Part shown: positions 27,466 through 37,069 of the stretch, one piece after another
Position numbering within the stretch: position 1 is the stretch's first letter
How the letters are laid out: every line of letters starts with the position of its first letter
Origin: Elusimicrobiota bacterium
Lineage (GTDB): Bacteria; Elusimicrobiota; Elusimicrobia; Elusimicrobiales; UBA9959
Assembly (NCBI GenBank): GCA_030651035.1
Contig: JAUSCK010000042.1
Coordinates: forward strand, 1-51,093
DNA length: 51,093 nucleotides
Direction of reading: 5' to 3'
Made by a program: the position numbers and the translations under genes
The notes under the pieces: model-generated
Database searches by the model: none
Told to the model about the DNA's origin: nothing
What the model saw: the letters and a program-made list of their open reading frames with translations, nothing else

Positions 27466-28395
27466 ATGCAAACAGCCTTCTGGGGGATTGCCTTCTCTTT
27501 ATTATTGCCCTTTAGTGTGCACGCCGCCTCGACACGGAACTTATATCTCGTCTTGATAACGCGTATGGGAACAGTTGAGAACCAGTTCTGTGCGGAACTC
27601 ATATCAGATAATGGGAGGTATCTGCTTAAAAGTGAGGCGCATAAGGACATAATATTAATCCCGGAAACACCCGGGGCAATCCTTTCATCTGGAAAATATT
27701 CAGTTACATTGGAACATCAGAACCTTAAAACCAGCACGCTACAGGTGACCGCGACCATACACGGCGACAGCATAAAACTACTCAGTAAGACCCCCGTGGA
27801 CATTCTATTGGTGCAGCAGAACTGCCTAGGGGAAACGCCAATGTCCAACGCATGGAATTCGCCTTTTAGCGGCAATAACGATTCTAACGCTAAAGCTTTT
27901 CTGCGACGCATCGTAGGCAAATTTGCGGATTTCCGGACTGGCGGGGGGGATGACGGGCATAGACACGCCGGAATAGACCTCAGGGGCGGATTCGGCAAAG
28001 AAGTATACCCCATTAATGACGGCAGGGTGCTAGCCGCCTCATTCAAAGATCTATCCGGTGGGGTAGTAATAGAACATCTCCTCCCTGACGGGAGCAGATT
28101 ATATTCAAAATATGTCCATATACAGGACATTTCCGTGAAGGCAGGGGAACAGGTTACGCCCCATACCAGGCTAGGCAGGCTTTTTGACAAAGCCTCGTTC
28201 AAAAAAAGCCGATACACGCACAACCACTTACATTTGGAAATCCGGAAAGATTACGAGGATAAAGGCACCGACAGCTCATATAGAGAAACTCGCAAAGATT
28301 TGGAAAGGCATTGCTTAGACCCTGAAAAATTCCTTGGGGCACTACTCACTAAGAAACTTGCGCATACGGAACAAGGCCCCGGCGTAAGTAACTGA
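27466..28395 (+). CDS. exported M23-family metallopeptidase
   Basis: signal peptide (VHA), HAGIDL, Y.H, V..G..V....LG, HLHLEIR. Confidence 0.85.
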   Translation: MQTAFWGIAFSLLLPFSVHAASTRNLYLVLITRMGTVENQFCAELISDNGRYLLKSEAHKDIILIPETPGAILSSGKYSVTLEHQNLKTSTLQVTATIHGDSIKLLSKTPVDILLVQQNCLGETPMSNAWNSPFSGNNDSNAKAFLRRIVGKFADFRTGGGDDGHRHAGIDLRGGFGKEVYPINDGRVLAASFKDLSGGVVIEHLLPDGSRLYSKYVHIQDISVKAGEQVTPHTRLGRLFDKASFKKSRYTHNHLHLEIRKDYEDKGTDSSYRETRKDLERHCLDPEKFLGALLTKKLAHTEQGPGVSN

Positions 28396-28397
28396 GA

Positions 28398-30086
28398 ATG
28401 AATTTTATCCTTCCATTCATGCTATCTGGTATCATTCTCGCTTTCAGCGGGGTCTTCTACCAGGCGTATTATATCCCCAAACTCCTGGTTCTTTTTATCG
28501 GCAGCCTTGCTTCAGCCGGCATTCTACTTCAGCAAGAGGAACTCCGCCTACCTGCACGCAGCACGGTTCTTTTCCTGGCTGGTTATTTATTAATGTTGGC
28601 CAGCATGGCCGGGTTCTCCGGAGAACCGCGACACGCTTACATACAATTACTATATGCCATCTGCGGTTGCGCGATGTATCTGGTCACAATTAACGCTAGT
28701 GATTGCCAGAAAACAACCGCACTTAAGTTCGCCTGTGGAATTGCACTAATACAGTGTTGTTTAACAACACTCCAGTCTGTCAATGCAGTGTCATTCCTGC
28801 CAAGCGTCCTGATCCCGGTAGAAGGCCGCCTAACCGGAACCGTCGGCAACCCGGAATTTCTTGCCACACTGCTAGGGGTGTCGATACTCATCGTTTTTCA
28901 TTTACGGGATAAATCCAAAAGCGAAAAAGTCCAGATATGGCTTGCCGCGGGGGCTGCGGCGCTTTTCTTCGGAATACTTGCCATTGGGAGCAAGGGAACA
29001 TTCCTTTACCTGGCTCTTTATGGCGTATGGCGTTTTAAACGCAGCTTTAAACTGATTGCCGCCGGAGCAATGACTTTTGTCCTTCTGATGTTACTGTTCT
29101 CTCCGGCATCGGTGTTGGGCCGTGTATTTCTTTGGTTGACCAGCCTACGCATGTTCATTATGAATCCTGTCACAGGAGTAGGCCTTGGGCAGTTCGAGAA
29201 CAATTACTTGCAAACCGTACACGGGTTCTTCTCATCTATGCCGGCTGTAGCGGGATATTTTGGAAGTTATACAAGTCTTACGCAGGATGCGCACAATATC
29301 TTCCTTCAGCAGGCAGCGGAACTGGGCCTGCCGGGGCTAGGCTTCTCGCTGCTATTCTCCATCTTTGTATTTAGACGCGCCCAAGCCTTAGGGGGACATC
29401 TTGGCGCTGCCTTGTTCCTATTGCTGTATAAGAGCATGTATACAGTAATGCTCAACTCTCCGACCAGCCTGCTGTTGCTGACGCTGCTCTTGGGCTTCTC
29501 CGAAAACCTAGGGCGTCTTAGATCCATAAAAGTCAAACCGATATGGACTACAGTTTTAATACCTGCTTTCTCAGCCCTAATTCTTGCCGGAACACACCTT
29601 TGCATAGCCGACTATCACTATCAGCGCGGACTCAAAGCCGTAATGATGGGTAATAGCGCCACCGCGAAAAAAGATTTTGTAGCTGCCATCGAAATAGACC
29701 CGGAAAGAGCCGATTTGTACTTGGCGTTAGCATATCTCGACTTTCTTGCCGGAAATACCGACGAGATGAGCTTGCGTATACAACAGGCACTTAAGCGTGG
29801 AAAGAGCATGGACACATACAAGATATCCGCGCACATGTTCTTTTATAGCCGCATTTACGGCAATGCAGAGAGAATATACCGTTACATACTCTTTCTTTTT
29901 CCTGAGCATCTTACATCTATGGCAAAACTCTCGGTTATCGCCATTGGAAAGGGCGATTACACACAGGCCGTATCGCTAGCAGAAAAGATTCTCGCATTAA
30001 AGCCCAGAAGGCCCAATGCTTCGGATATCAGGAACGCGCAGATCGCAAGCGAGATAGTACACAAATACGCCGGAGGTATAAAATGA
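28398..30086 (+). CDS. O-antigen ligase (Wzy_C)-family membrane protein with C-terminal TPR-like repeats
   Basis: GTVGNPEFLA, R..LW, GVGLGQF, AHNIFLQ..AELGL.G; many TM helices. Confidence 0.82.
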   Translation: MNFILPFMLSGIILAFSGVFYQAYYIPKLLVLFIGSLASAGILLQQEELRLPARSTVLFLAGYLLMLASMAGFSGEPRHAYIQLLYAICGCAMYLVTINASDCQKTTALKFACGIALIQCCLTTLQSVNAVSFLPSVLIPVEGRLTGTVGNPEFLATLLGVSILIVFHLRDKSKSEKVQIWLAAGAAALFFGILAIGSKGTFLYLALYGVWRFKRSFKLIAAGAMTFVLLMLLFSPASVLGRVFLWLTSLRMFIMNPVTGVGLGQFENNYLQTVHGFFSSMPAVAGYFGSYTSLTQDAHNIFLQQAAELGLPGLGFSLLFSIFVFRRAQALGGHLGAALFLLLYKSMYTVMLNSPTSLLLLTLLLGFSENLGRLRSIKVKPIWTTVLIPAFSALILAGTHLCIADYHYQRGLKAVMMGNSATAKKDFVAAIEIDPERADLYLALAYLDFLAGNTDEMSLRIQQALKRGKSMDTYKISAHMFFYSRIYGNAERIYRYILFLFPEHLTSMAKLSVIAIGKGDYTQAVSLAEKILALKPRRPNASDIRNAQIASEIVHKYAGGIK

Positions 30087-31225
30087 CACAAAAGACCGCC
30101 AACATAATCGCTGTCCTTGCAATAGTCGGCCTAGCCGCAGGTTATTACCTGGCTCAGTATCGCAAATCCGGCGCTGCACCGTTCCAGCCGGCTGTCGCGT
30201 CAACTACAGCCACCACCATAAGTCAGCCGTCAGCAGAAAAGACCGCGGGGACGGCCGGACCGCTTCCCTCCGGAGACAGTCTAAGCCTGATTAGCGGGGA
30301 AACCGCGAGTCAGACCGCAATGTCTGCCGAAGGGGAATTAGATAGACCCGAGGGAATGGAGTGGTTCTATAAACGTTTCGGAAACAGCACCTGGTTCGCG
30401 GAAGGAACCTTTAATGCAAAATCTTTTACCCCGCAAGAGTATGAAACCCTTATAGCCGCTGCCTTGCAAGGCAATGAGTCTGCGACTGTAGCTTTAAAGC
30501 TTTCAATCCTAAAGTATCTAATTGAAAATCCTAAAGACGCCGAATATAAAGCGGTAAAAGAGAAACTCTACTCAGAAGAATTCCTGAAGACAGTTCCGAG
30601 GTTTGAATATCTGGCCGAAATGCTGCCAGATGAACTGCTCGACAATAAAGATTTCGCCGCTGATATCCTTGCCAAGAACCCCTATAATCTGAAATTTTTT
30701 TCCGAACGGTTGCGCTCCGATAAAGAAATTGTGTCCAAGGTTATATCAAACAACATCTATCTGCTTGAGCTTGCCTCGGACGCCCTGCGCAACGATAAAG
30801 CCTTCATAAAGGAGCTGTTGTTGAAGGATCCGACTGCCCTTAGCTATATTTCAGACGAACTCAAGGGAGATAAGGACCTGGTATTACCGGTTCTTAAAGG
30901 TCACCCGGAACTTTATTCGGCTGCGTCCTCGAAAGTCCAGAACGATCCTGAAGTACTGCCGCTTATCCGTACATTTATCCTGACTGGGGGGCGTGGCAAT
31001 GTAAGTGCGCTTCCTGAAAAACTCCGGGGCGACAGGGAAGTGGTCATGAAAGCTGTGGAAAGCAATTGCAGCTTACTGGAATCCGCATCCGTGGAACTTC
31101 GCGACGACGAGGAAGTGGTAAGTAAGGCCATCGCGCATTCGCGATATTGCCTTCAGTACGCAAGCAGCAGGCTGCGGGAAAAGCTTAAACAGCCGGGGCA
31201 GACTGGGCAAGAGGAGGTGGAGTAA
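30083..31225 (+). CDS. membrane-anchored DUF4116-repeat protein
   Basis: N-terminal TM anchor; repeated L..AS..LR.D.E.V..A units. Confidence 0.75.
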   Translation: MTQKTANIIAVLAIVGLAAGYYLAQYRKSGAAPFQPAVASTTATTISQPSAEKTAGTAGPLPSGDSLSLISGETASQTAMSAEGELDRPEGMEWFYKRFGNSTWFAEGTFNAKSFTPQEYETLIAAALQGNESATVALKLSILKYLIENPKDAEYKAVKEKLYSEEFLKTVPRFEYLAEMLPDELLDNKDFAADILAKNPYNLKFFSERLRSDKEIVSKVISNNIYLLELASDALRNDKAFIKELLLKDPTALSYISDELKGDKDLVLPVLKGHPELYSAASSKVQNDPEVLPLIRTFILTGGRGNVSALPEKLRGDREVVMKAVESNCSLLESASVELRDDEEVVSKAIAHSRYCLQYASSRLREKLKQPGQTGQEEVE

Positions 31226-31274
31226 GAAGCCGCCGCTCAGATGAGCCGTTCCCGCATCAACTCTGGCACTTTAT

Positions 31275-32444
31275 ATGAAAAGGCATTGGAAGTATACTGA
31301 CATCCCCGACAGGCTGTGGCGTGATTGGAGATGGCAGCTAAAAAACCGTTTCCATAACGGCAGCGATATCTCTAAATTCTTCCCGAACATCAGCGAGGAA
31401 TCGCGGAGGGATTTCGCAGCTCATGTGGCCAAGTTCAATATCTCGATAACGCCTTATACGCTTTCCTTGATTCGCCTGGATAAAAAACTAAATCCGACAG
31501 CAGTCGATCCGATCTGGAGACAGTTTAAATTCTTGTCGCCAGACGAACTTCGCGGCGACGGCGCTTATGACGGGGTTCACACCAACTGGGAACTTTCAAA
31601 GGAGATGCCTACCCCGATACTGCACCACAAGTATCCCGGAAGAGCGCTGCTGCGTGTAGTCAACAGCTGCCATGGGTACTGCAGCTACTGCTACCTGACG
31701 AAGCGCACCCTGGACGTTTCGAAGAAATTGCGTTTTGCCGCCTCTCCAGCAGTGTGGGAAAGGTCTCTTCGCTACCTGCGCGCCAATCCGGACATATCCG
31801 ACGTCCTGATAAGCGGCGGCGACCCCCTTCTGCTGCCGAATGACGCGCTGGAGAAGATCCTCAGCGACGTTGCCGCCGTAAGCTCCGTCAAGACTATCAG
31901 GATCAACACCAGGGCATTGACCTTTAACCCCTTCCGTGTGGACCCAGGGCTTGCCGCCATACTAAAAAAACACCGGGTGACAGTTCTTGAGATACACTTG
32001 GCCCACCCCAACGAGATTACACGGGAATTCGACTCCGCGCTGGAAGTCTTAGACAAAGGTGGATACAGGCCTCTCATACTCTGGCGATCCCCTCTGCTCA
32101 GGGGGATAAACGATTCCGTAGCGACGCTGAGGGAACTGCTGCTCATGCTTTATGCCCGCCGGATCGTGCCCTACTATCTCTTTCATAACGCCCCGTACAG
32201 CCTTGGACGGGAGTATTACGGCACCTCCGTAAAGCGCGGGATAACACTGATGAAGGAACTGCGCCGGGTGATCCCCGGGCCAAGTTTTCCGCGCTACACG
32301 CTTTTTCATCCTACCGGAAAGCAGGACATCCCGCTGGAGGCAGGTGGCACTCCGGAATTCCGCTTCTGCCGCGACGCCTCAGGAAAGCCCGCGGTAAAGT
32401 TCCGCAATTGGAGAGGCCGGTCAGTATTCTACCCGGACCGCTGA
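31275..32444 (+). CDS. KamA-family radical SAM / PLP aminomutase, divergent
   Basis: W.DW.WQL.NR, HKYP.R.L, CHGYCSYC, ISGGDPL, HPNEIT, LLRGIND, PYYLF, PTGK (PLP Lys). Confidence 0.88.
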   Translation: MKRHWKYTDIPDRLWRDWRWQLKNRFHNGSDISKFFPNISEESRRDFAAHVAKFNISITPYTLSLIRLDKKLNPTAVDPIWRQFKFLSPDELRGDGAYDGVHTNWELSKEMPTPILHHKYPGRALLRVVNSCHGYCSYCYLTKRTLDVSKKLRFAASPAVWERSLRYLRANPDISDVLISGGDPLLLPNDALEKILSDVAAVSSVKTIRINTRALTFNPFRVDPGLAAILKKHRVTVLEIHLAHPNEITREFDSALEVLDKGGYRPLILWRSPLLRGINDSVATLRELLLMLYARRIVPYYLFHNAPYSLGREYYGTSVKRGITLMKELRRVIPGPSFPRYTLFHPTGKQDIPLEAGGTPEFRFCRDASGKPAVKFRNWRGRSVFYPDR

Positions 32445-32447
32445 AGC

Positions 32448-34379
32448 ATGCCATATATCTGCAAGAATCCTTGGACAACGCTGTATATTTGGGGCAACGG
32501 GAATGTAACCCATTGCTGCTATTCCAACGTCGGCAGCCTTGGGAACATAAACGAAACGCCTTTATTGGATATTTGGCGTGGCCCTAAACTGAATTTTGTC
32601 CGTGAGAACATGGCACAGGGGAACTACCTGCAGGCCGGCTGCGAATATTTCTGCCGCTCATACCGCTGGAATAAGTTTTATGGTTCCAAAAACACGGCTG
32701 CGATCCCGGAAGGACTTGGCAGGGTTGAAGAACTGCCTCCCGCCTGGGCCGAGGACGGGCCCGGTATCCTGGGCTTCGGGATCGACTGGGATTGCAACTT
32801 GAGATGCCGCCATTGTTTATCGTCGAGAAAAGGCAAGGGAGTAAAACAAGAAGATTTCCACACTCTCCGGACTTTTACAGAGAAAAGCCGTTTTTTGCGT
32901 TTCATGGGCGGGGAATTCACGATTAACAAAGACTGCCTTTCTATGCTTAAAGAATTGGGGACGTGGGAAGCCCAGCCCATAGTTTTTTTCAGCACCAACG
33001 GACAGACACCGATAGCGTCCGTTATGCCGTATTGCGGCGGATTAAAAGGGTTGCACCTAAAGTTTTCACTGGAAGGATTGAACAGTGATTATGAACACAT
33101 ACGCACCGGAGCGTCATGGGATGTTTTCGAGCGCAACCTGGATGAGGCAGCGGCCATTTTTGTGGCCAAGCGCGCGGAGGGGAAGGACTGGCGTCTATAT
33201 CTTAACTTCTGTGTGATGAAGAGCAATTTCCGGAATCTGCCGTCCATTATTCAATACGCCGTCAAAAAAGACCTCCCGCTGGTTCTCAATACCATAAACG
33301 GGATGCGCCATATAGATGAGAATATGTTCATGTACTCCGCCGCCTGTCTTCCAAAAGAAGAAATACAACAAATTGCCGAACGTTGCAGGGCAATCCTGGG
33401 AGAAGCCCGCCAATATTGCTTTAAGAACGAACTCGTCACGCATCTGGATTATATTCTTCGTTCCGCCAATGACAAAAAACTCAGGTTGCCACACCGAGCC
33501 TTACAGTTGTGGACACTTTTTGTTAAAGGCCGCGCGGCGGACCTCTCAATGTACGCTTTCTATAGGCTCTCAATGAACCCAACCGCATTTTTATCCTATG
33601 TCTATAGGAAGATACGGGGTAAAATATCCACCCCGGCAATCAGATTCAAGACCGCGCGGAGGATCATTGCAAACACCGAGGATATTTTAAGGGGTTGGGC
33701 ATGGAATTACTCAGTAACTAAAGCAGGAAACCAGGAGGCGAACGAATTCCGGCACCGGATAGGCGAATTTCAATTGCCCATAAAGGAGCGGGGAGAACTG
33801 GGCGTTGAGAACAAGAACCGTATCTCAAATATGCGGCTGGCCTGCGAGGCTATTGATATGTTGGTATTACAGCCGGGACAGATCTTTTCGATGCGGAAGG
33901 TGATCGGTGAACCAGTAGCCCAGAAAGGATATAAACCGGGCCCCGTTATCATCAGAGGCAAACTATCCAGCTCGGTTGGCGGCGGTCTGTGCCAGATATC
34001 AACAGTGCTCTTCAACGCAGCCCTGCAGGCGAATATACGCATACTTGAAAAACACAATCACAGCGTGGACTTGTGGGGGAAAGACCGGATAGTTGAGCTT
34101 GGACGGGACGCGGCGTACACCTATGAACTGAAAGACCTGAAGTTCAGAAACGATATGGCGGCGCCGGTACTGATCCGTATTTCAGCTGACGGGGGGAAGA
34201 AACTGGTTTGTGCCGAATTGTATTGCAGCAGCCCCCTAGCCGGCGAGGTAACGGTAGAAACCCTGGCGGACGCTAAGCCGGGAGAGGTTAAACACATAGA
34301 AACACGAAGATTTATAAGAACTAACGGAAAGACGGAGTTGACCTATTCCCGGCGGGAAACATATCTTTCCCGCAGTTGA
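32448..34379 (+). CDS. SPASM-like + radical SAM + VanW-domain fusion protein
   Basis: C..PW....I...G.V..CC....GNI.....IW; CNLRCRHC, GGE, STNG; C-terminal GGGLCQISTVLFNAAL, HS, GRDA, DLKFRN. Confidence 0.8.
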   Translation: MPYICKNPWTTLYIWGNGNVTHCCYSNVGSLGNINETPLLDIWRGPKLNFVRENMAQGNYLQAGCEYFCRSYRWNKFYGSKNTAAIPEGLGRVEELPPAWAEDGPGILGFGIDWDCNLRCRHCLSSRKGKGVKQEDFHTLRTFTEKSRFLRFMGGEFTINKDCLSMLKELGTWEAQPIVFFSTNGQTPIASVMPYCGGLKGLHLKFSLEGLNSDYEHIRTGASWDVFERNLDEAAAIFVAKRAEGKDWRLYLNFCVMKSNFRNLPSIIQYAVKKDLPLVLNTINGMRHIDENMFMYSAACLPKEEIQQIAERCRAILGEARQYCFKNELVTHLDYILRSANDKKLRLPHRALQLWTLFVKGRAADLSMYAFYRLSMNPTAFLSYVYRKIRGKISTPAIRFKTARRIIANTEDILRGWAWNYSVTKAGNQEANEFRHRIGEFQLPIKERGELGVENKNRISNMRLACEAIDMLVLQPGQIFSMRKVIGEPVAQKGYKPGPVIIRGKLSSSVGGGLCQISTVLFNAALQANIRILEKHNHSVDLWGKDRIVELGRDAAYTYELKDLKFRNDMAAPVLIRISADGGKKLVCAELYCSSPLAGEVTVETLADAKPGEVKHIETRRFIRTNGKTELTYSRRETYLSRS

Positions 34380-34383
34380 TATC

Positions 34384-35448
34384 GTGCAGGAGAACTTTGT
34401 GCGCAAAATAACAAATATTGGCATCGTGCTGGAGACCAAGGCGGATGCGCTGAAAACAGGACTGCCGCTGGATCAGTTATACCATTGGCGGGAGCCGGGG
34501 GAAATAGCCGCGATAACCGGGGCAATAAAAGAACTCGGCTTTACCACAGTCATCCTTGGCACTCCGGAAGATCTGGCGGCACATCCCGTAAGCGGAGTAG
34601 ATTTCATCTTCAATCTTTCAGTAGGCTTCGTTAATCGCTATCGCCTGGCGGCGGGTCCTGCCCTCTATTCGTTGTTAAAACTTCCCTATTCCGGCGCCGA
34701 CCCGTACACGAAAATGATGAGCCAGCATAAGCACGCCATGAAGTCCTTCTGGGACAAGCTGGGCATTCCTACCCCTGAATGGGCATACATTCATACGCCG
34801 GGCGACGTGAGAGCCGCCTCACTTCCGCCGTTCCCGCTTATCCTCAAACCGGCATACGAAGGCTCCTCAATAGGGATAGATGAAAGTTCTGTAATCCATT
34901 CCAGGAAAAGTCTGCTGACAAAGGCGGAGGAGCTCTTTTCCCGCCTTAAAATGCCAATGATTGTTGAGCGGTTTATCGCCGGCCGCGAATGCAAGGTAGG
35001 AATCATCGGGAACGCTGAAACAGAGTTTTCCGGCATCATCGAGGATATCTGCGCCGATGGTAGTGGACTTGGAAAGGAGATGCTCGGCTTCCGCGTCAAA
35101 AAAGCGGGGACATACTCAAAACGGACCCTTATCGCCGGAGATGCTCTTTCGAAACGCATCATGAAGGACGCGAAAAGGATTTATGAACTGTTCCGGCCTG
35201 TAGACTACGGGACCATGGACGTGCGCGTGGACAACCGGGGATGCCATTACTTTTTGGAGTTCAACGCCGACGCGACTCTGCATCCGCAAAGGACGCTGGC
35301 ACAATGCTGCGCCTTGAACGGGGTAGATTACAGGACGATGATCGGAAAAATCCTTACAACATCCTTTAAACGGTGGGGGATCAAGCAACAGCTACCTAGG
35401 ATTAAATCCGAGGGAGCGCATCACACGGACAAATCGCGCCGGGCCTGA
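34384..35448 (+). CDS. D-alanine--D-alanine ligase-like ATP-grasp enzyme
   Basis: PYSGAD, K..MK, IPTP, PLILKP..EGSSIGI, VERFI.GRE, D.R.D....FLE.N. Confidence 0.82.
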   Translation: MQENFVRKITNIGIVLETKADALKTGLPLDQLYHWREPGEIAAITGAIKELGFTTVILGTPEDLAAHPVSGVDFIFNLSVGFVNRYRLAAGPALYSLLKLPYSGADPYTKMMSQHKHAMKSFWDKLGIPTPEWAYIHTPGDVRAASLPPFPLILKPAYEGSSIGIDESSVIHSRKSLLTKAEELFSRLKMPMIVERFIAGRECKVGIIGNAETEFSGIIEDICADGSGLGKEMLGFRVKKAGTYSKRTLIAGDALSKRIMKDAKRIYELFRPVDYGTMDVRVDNRGCHYFLEFNADATLHPQRTLAQCCALNGVDYRTMIGKILTTSFKRWGIKQQLPRIKSEGAHHTDKSRRA

Positions 35449-36543
35449 CAGGGCAAGTGCCCGGCTTGAGAACTCAAAACGGCGCAGATAGCGTTTACGA
35501 AAAGCGGTAAACGCCGCGCCCGCAGTGGGGACTTTCACTACTTCCAACTTAAATTCAGCCGAATCTTTTTCAATATCATATATCCTCCGAACAGCACCGT
35601 GAAGAACGCTGTAAAGCGTCTCTCCGGGCGAACGCACGCAGGGAAGAGGCGCGCGTCGGAGAATCGACGGATTCCAAACAGAGGGTATCCCGAAATGAGC
35701 GCATACTGCGGCGTAGATCATACAGACTGCGGCGAGCCTGGCTTCCTGAGACAGCCCGGCTACATGTGGGGTGCTGATATCGGCCAGCTCCACCAACCCA
35801 GGGTCTATGTCCGGCTCATTCTCCCAAACGTCGATGACCGCACCACCGAGCCGTCCGGACTCGAGACATTCCTTAAGTGAGCGTTCGCAGACTATCCCAC
35901 CTCTAGCGGAATTAATGATAACGGCCCCGCGTTTAAGCCCGGCCAGCCTCTCCGCACCAAACAGACCCGCGGTCTTGTCTTTACCAGTAAAGGTCAGCGG
36001 CGTATGTATTGTTATAACATCGGAATCCATCAATTTGGATAGTGGCCTGAAGGACTTATCACCGGTAGTTCTGCGCTTCGGGGGATCGTTCAGCAGGACA
36101 TTTATTCCCAAAGTTTTCGCCTTTTCCGCTACCCGGCTGCCGACATTCCCTATTCCGACAACGCCTAACGTGGCCTCAGGGATGCTTATGCGGCCCCGCT
36201 CATGAAGGGACAAGAGCGCCGCAATCACATACTCTGCTACCGATTCCGCGTTACTGCCTGGTGCGGCAGAGAAAGCGATTTCTTGGTCCTTTAAATACCG
36301 GAGGTCGATATGGTCCGTACCGGCTGAAACCGTTCCGACGAACTTTATCCTGCTTCCGGCTAAAAGTTTTTTATCGACGCGCGTCACATACCGTACTATC
36401 AGGATATCGCAATTCTTTACCGTCGCAGCAGTGATTTCGCCGCTTTCAAGCAGCCGCAACCGGCCGATTCCCTTGAAAGCGTTATAGACATGAGGGATAT
36501 TCATGTCCGCAATTACCTGTAGGATTGGTCTATGTCTTCGCAT
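35392..36543 (-). CDS. pdxB: 4-phosphoerythronate dehydrogenase-like (PdxB family D-2-hydroxyacid dehydrogenase)
   Basis: AD.NIP, FVGT..AGTDHID, APG.NA.SVAEY, GVVG.GNVG, IN..RG, DVWENEP, TPH.AG, PdxB-type C-terminal tail. Confidence 0.75.
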   Translation of the reverse strand: MRRHRPILQVIADMNIPHVYNAFKGIGRLRLLESGEITAATVKNCDILIVRYVTRVDKKLLAGSRIKFVGTVSAGTDHIDLRYLKDQEIAFSAAPGSNAESVAEYVIAALLSLHERGRISIPEATLGVVGIGNVGSRVAEKAKTLGINVLLNDPPKRRTTGDKSFRPLSKLMDSDVITIHTPLTFTGKDKTAGLFGAERLAGLKRGAVIINSARGGIVCERSLKECLESGRLGGAVIDVWENEPDIDPGLVELADISTPHVAGLSQEARLAAVCMIYAAVCAHFGIPSVWNPSILRRAPLPCVRSPGETLYSVLHGAVRRIYDIEKDSAEFKLEVVKVPTAGAAFTAFRKRYLRRFEFSSRALALSGPARFVRVMRSLGFNPR

Positions 36544-36802
36544 CGTTAATCAAAAAATAGCAGTGTTATTCCAAACTTTCCCGACTACAAATCAATTTTA
36601 ACTCTTTTCATTCTTGAAGGATATAAAATTGGGTGGCTCATTACGCTGTATCATAAATGGGCGGGGACAGATAAGCCAGGCCAGGGCGGGTGCGGCGGCT
36701 ATCCCGAGGCAAGACGCTACCGCCCTGGCCTTTCCATATTTTCTTAGCAGGTTCCGCCTCACCCGGCGGCTACAAATTAATAACAGGAAAGACCGCCGCG
36801 GA

Positions 36803-37069
36803 GGCCGCAGCAGCGGACGCCGGGGCGGTGTTTTATAATTTTATGGTGCCACCGGTGTCAGTTAAAATAGATAACAGCAACAAGCCCGCGCCGCGAGAGG
36901 CAGCAGCCACTGGCGAGCGCGGACAGAGTCTGTAATGATAACAGTTCGATTCTTTGCAGCGTGCGCGGGGAATAATTTTCTGCTTTGTTTAAGCCCGGGA
37001 CTCCTTCGCTACAATGTTTCCTCTGGATGTTGGGTGAAGCAGGTTCGCAATTCGGCCTGGAAGGCACCC
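36803..37069. repeat. cassette right-end repeat (copy 1)
   Basis: 37/38 identity over 36803-36840 vs 38617-38654; 33/34 identity over 37036-37069 vs 38783-38816; middle block also aligns. Confidence 0.9.

Larger units (their letters stand above)
27255..37069. mobile_element. cassette 1: integrase-free island at tRNA-His 3' end
   Basis: CACCC core at 27255 and 37065; left-end motif 27293-27344; right-end repeat 36803-37069; cargo visibly more AT-rich than flanks. Confidence 0.75.

Noticed and set aside
27343-36543. Calling the island a true vancomycin-resistance (van) operon
   Set aside because: No VanX/VanY or VanRS; the dehydrogenase is PdxB-type and the ligase is not recognisably VanA/B; the resemblance is only at superfamily level
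36624-36640. Inverted look-alike of the tRNA-His 3' end (reverse complement TGAGCCACCCAATTTTA)
   Set aside because: Only ~8 contiguous matches; could be chance, and no other sign of an inversion
36858-37067. Minus-strand 69-aa ORF containing NKAENYSPRTLQ, resembling a tyrosine-integrase N-terminus
   Set aside because: The second right-end copy has a 1-bp indel in this segment (ATAATTTTC vs ATAATTTC) that breaks the frame; no catalytic domain follows
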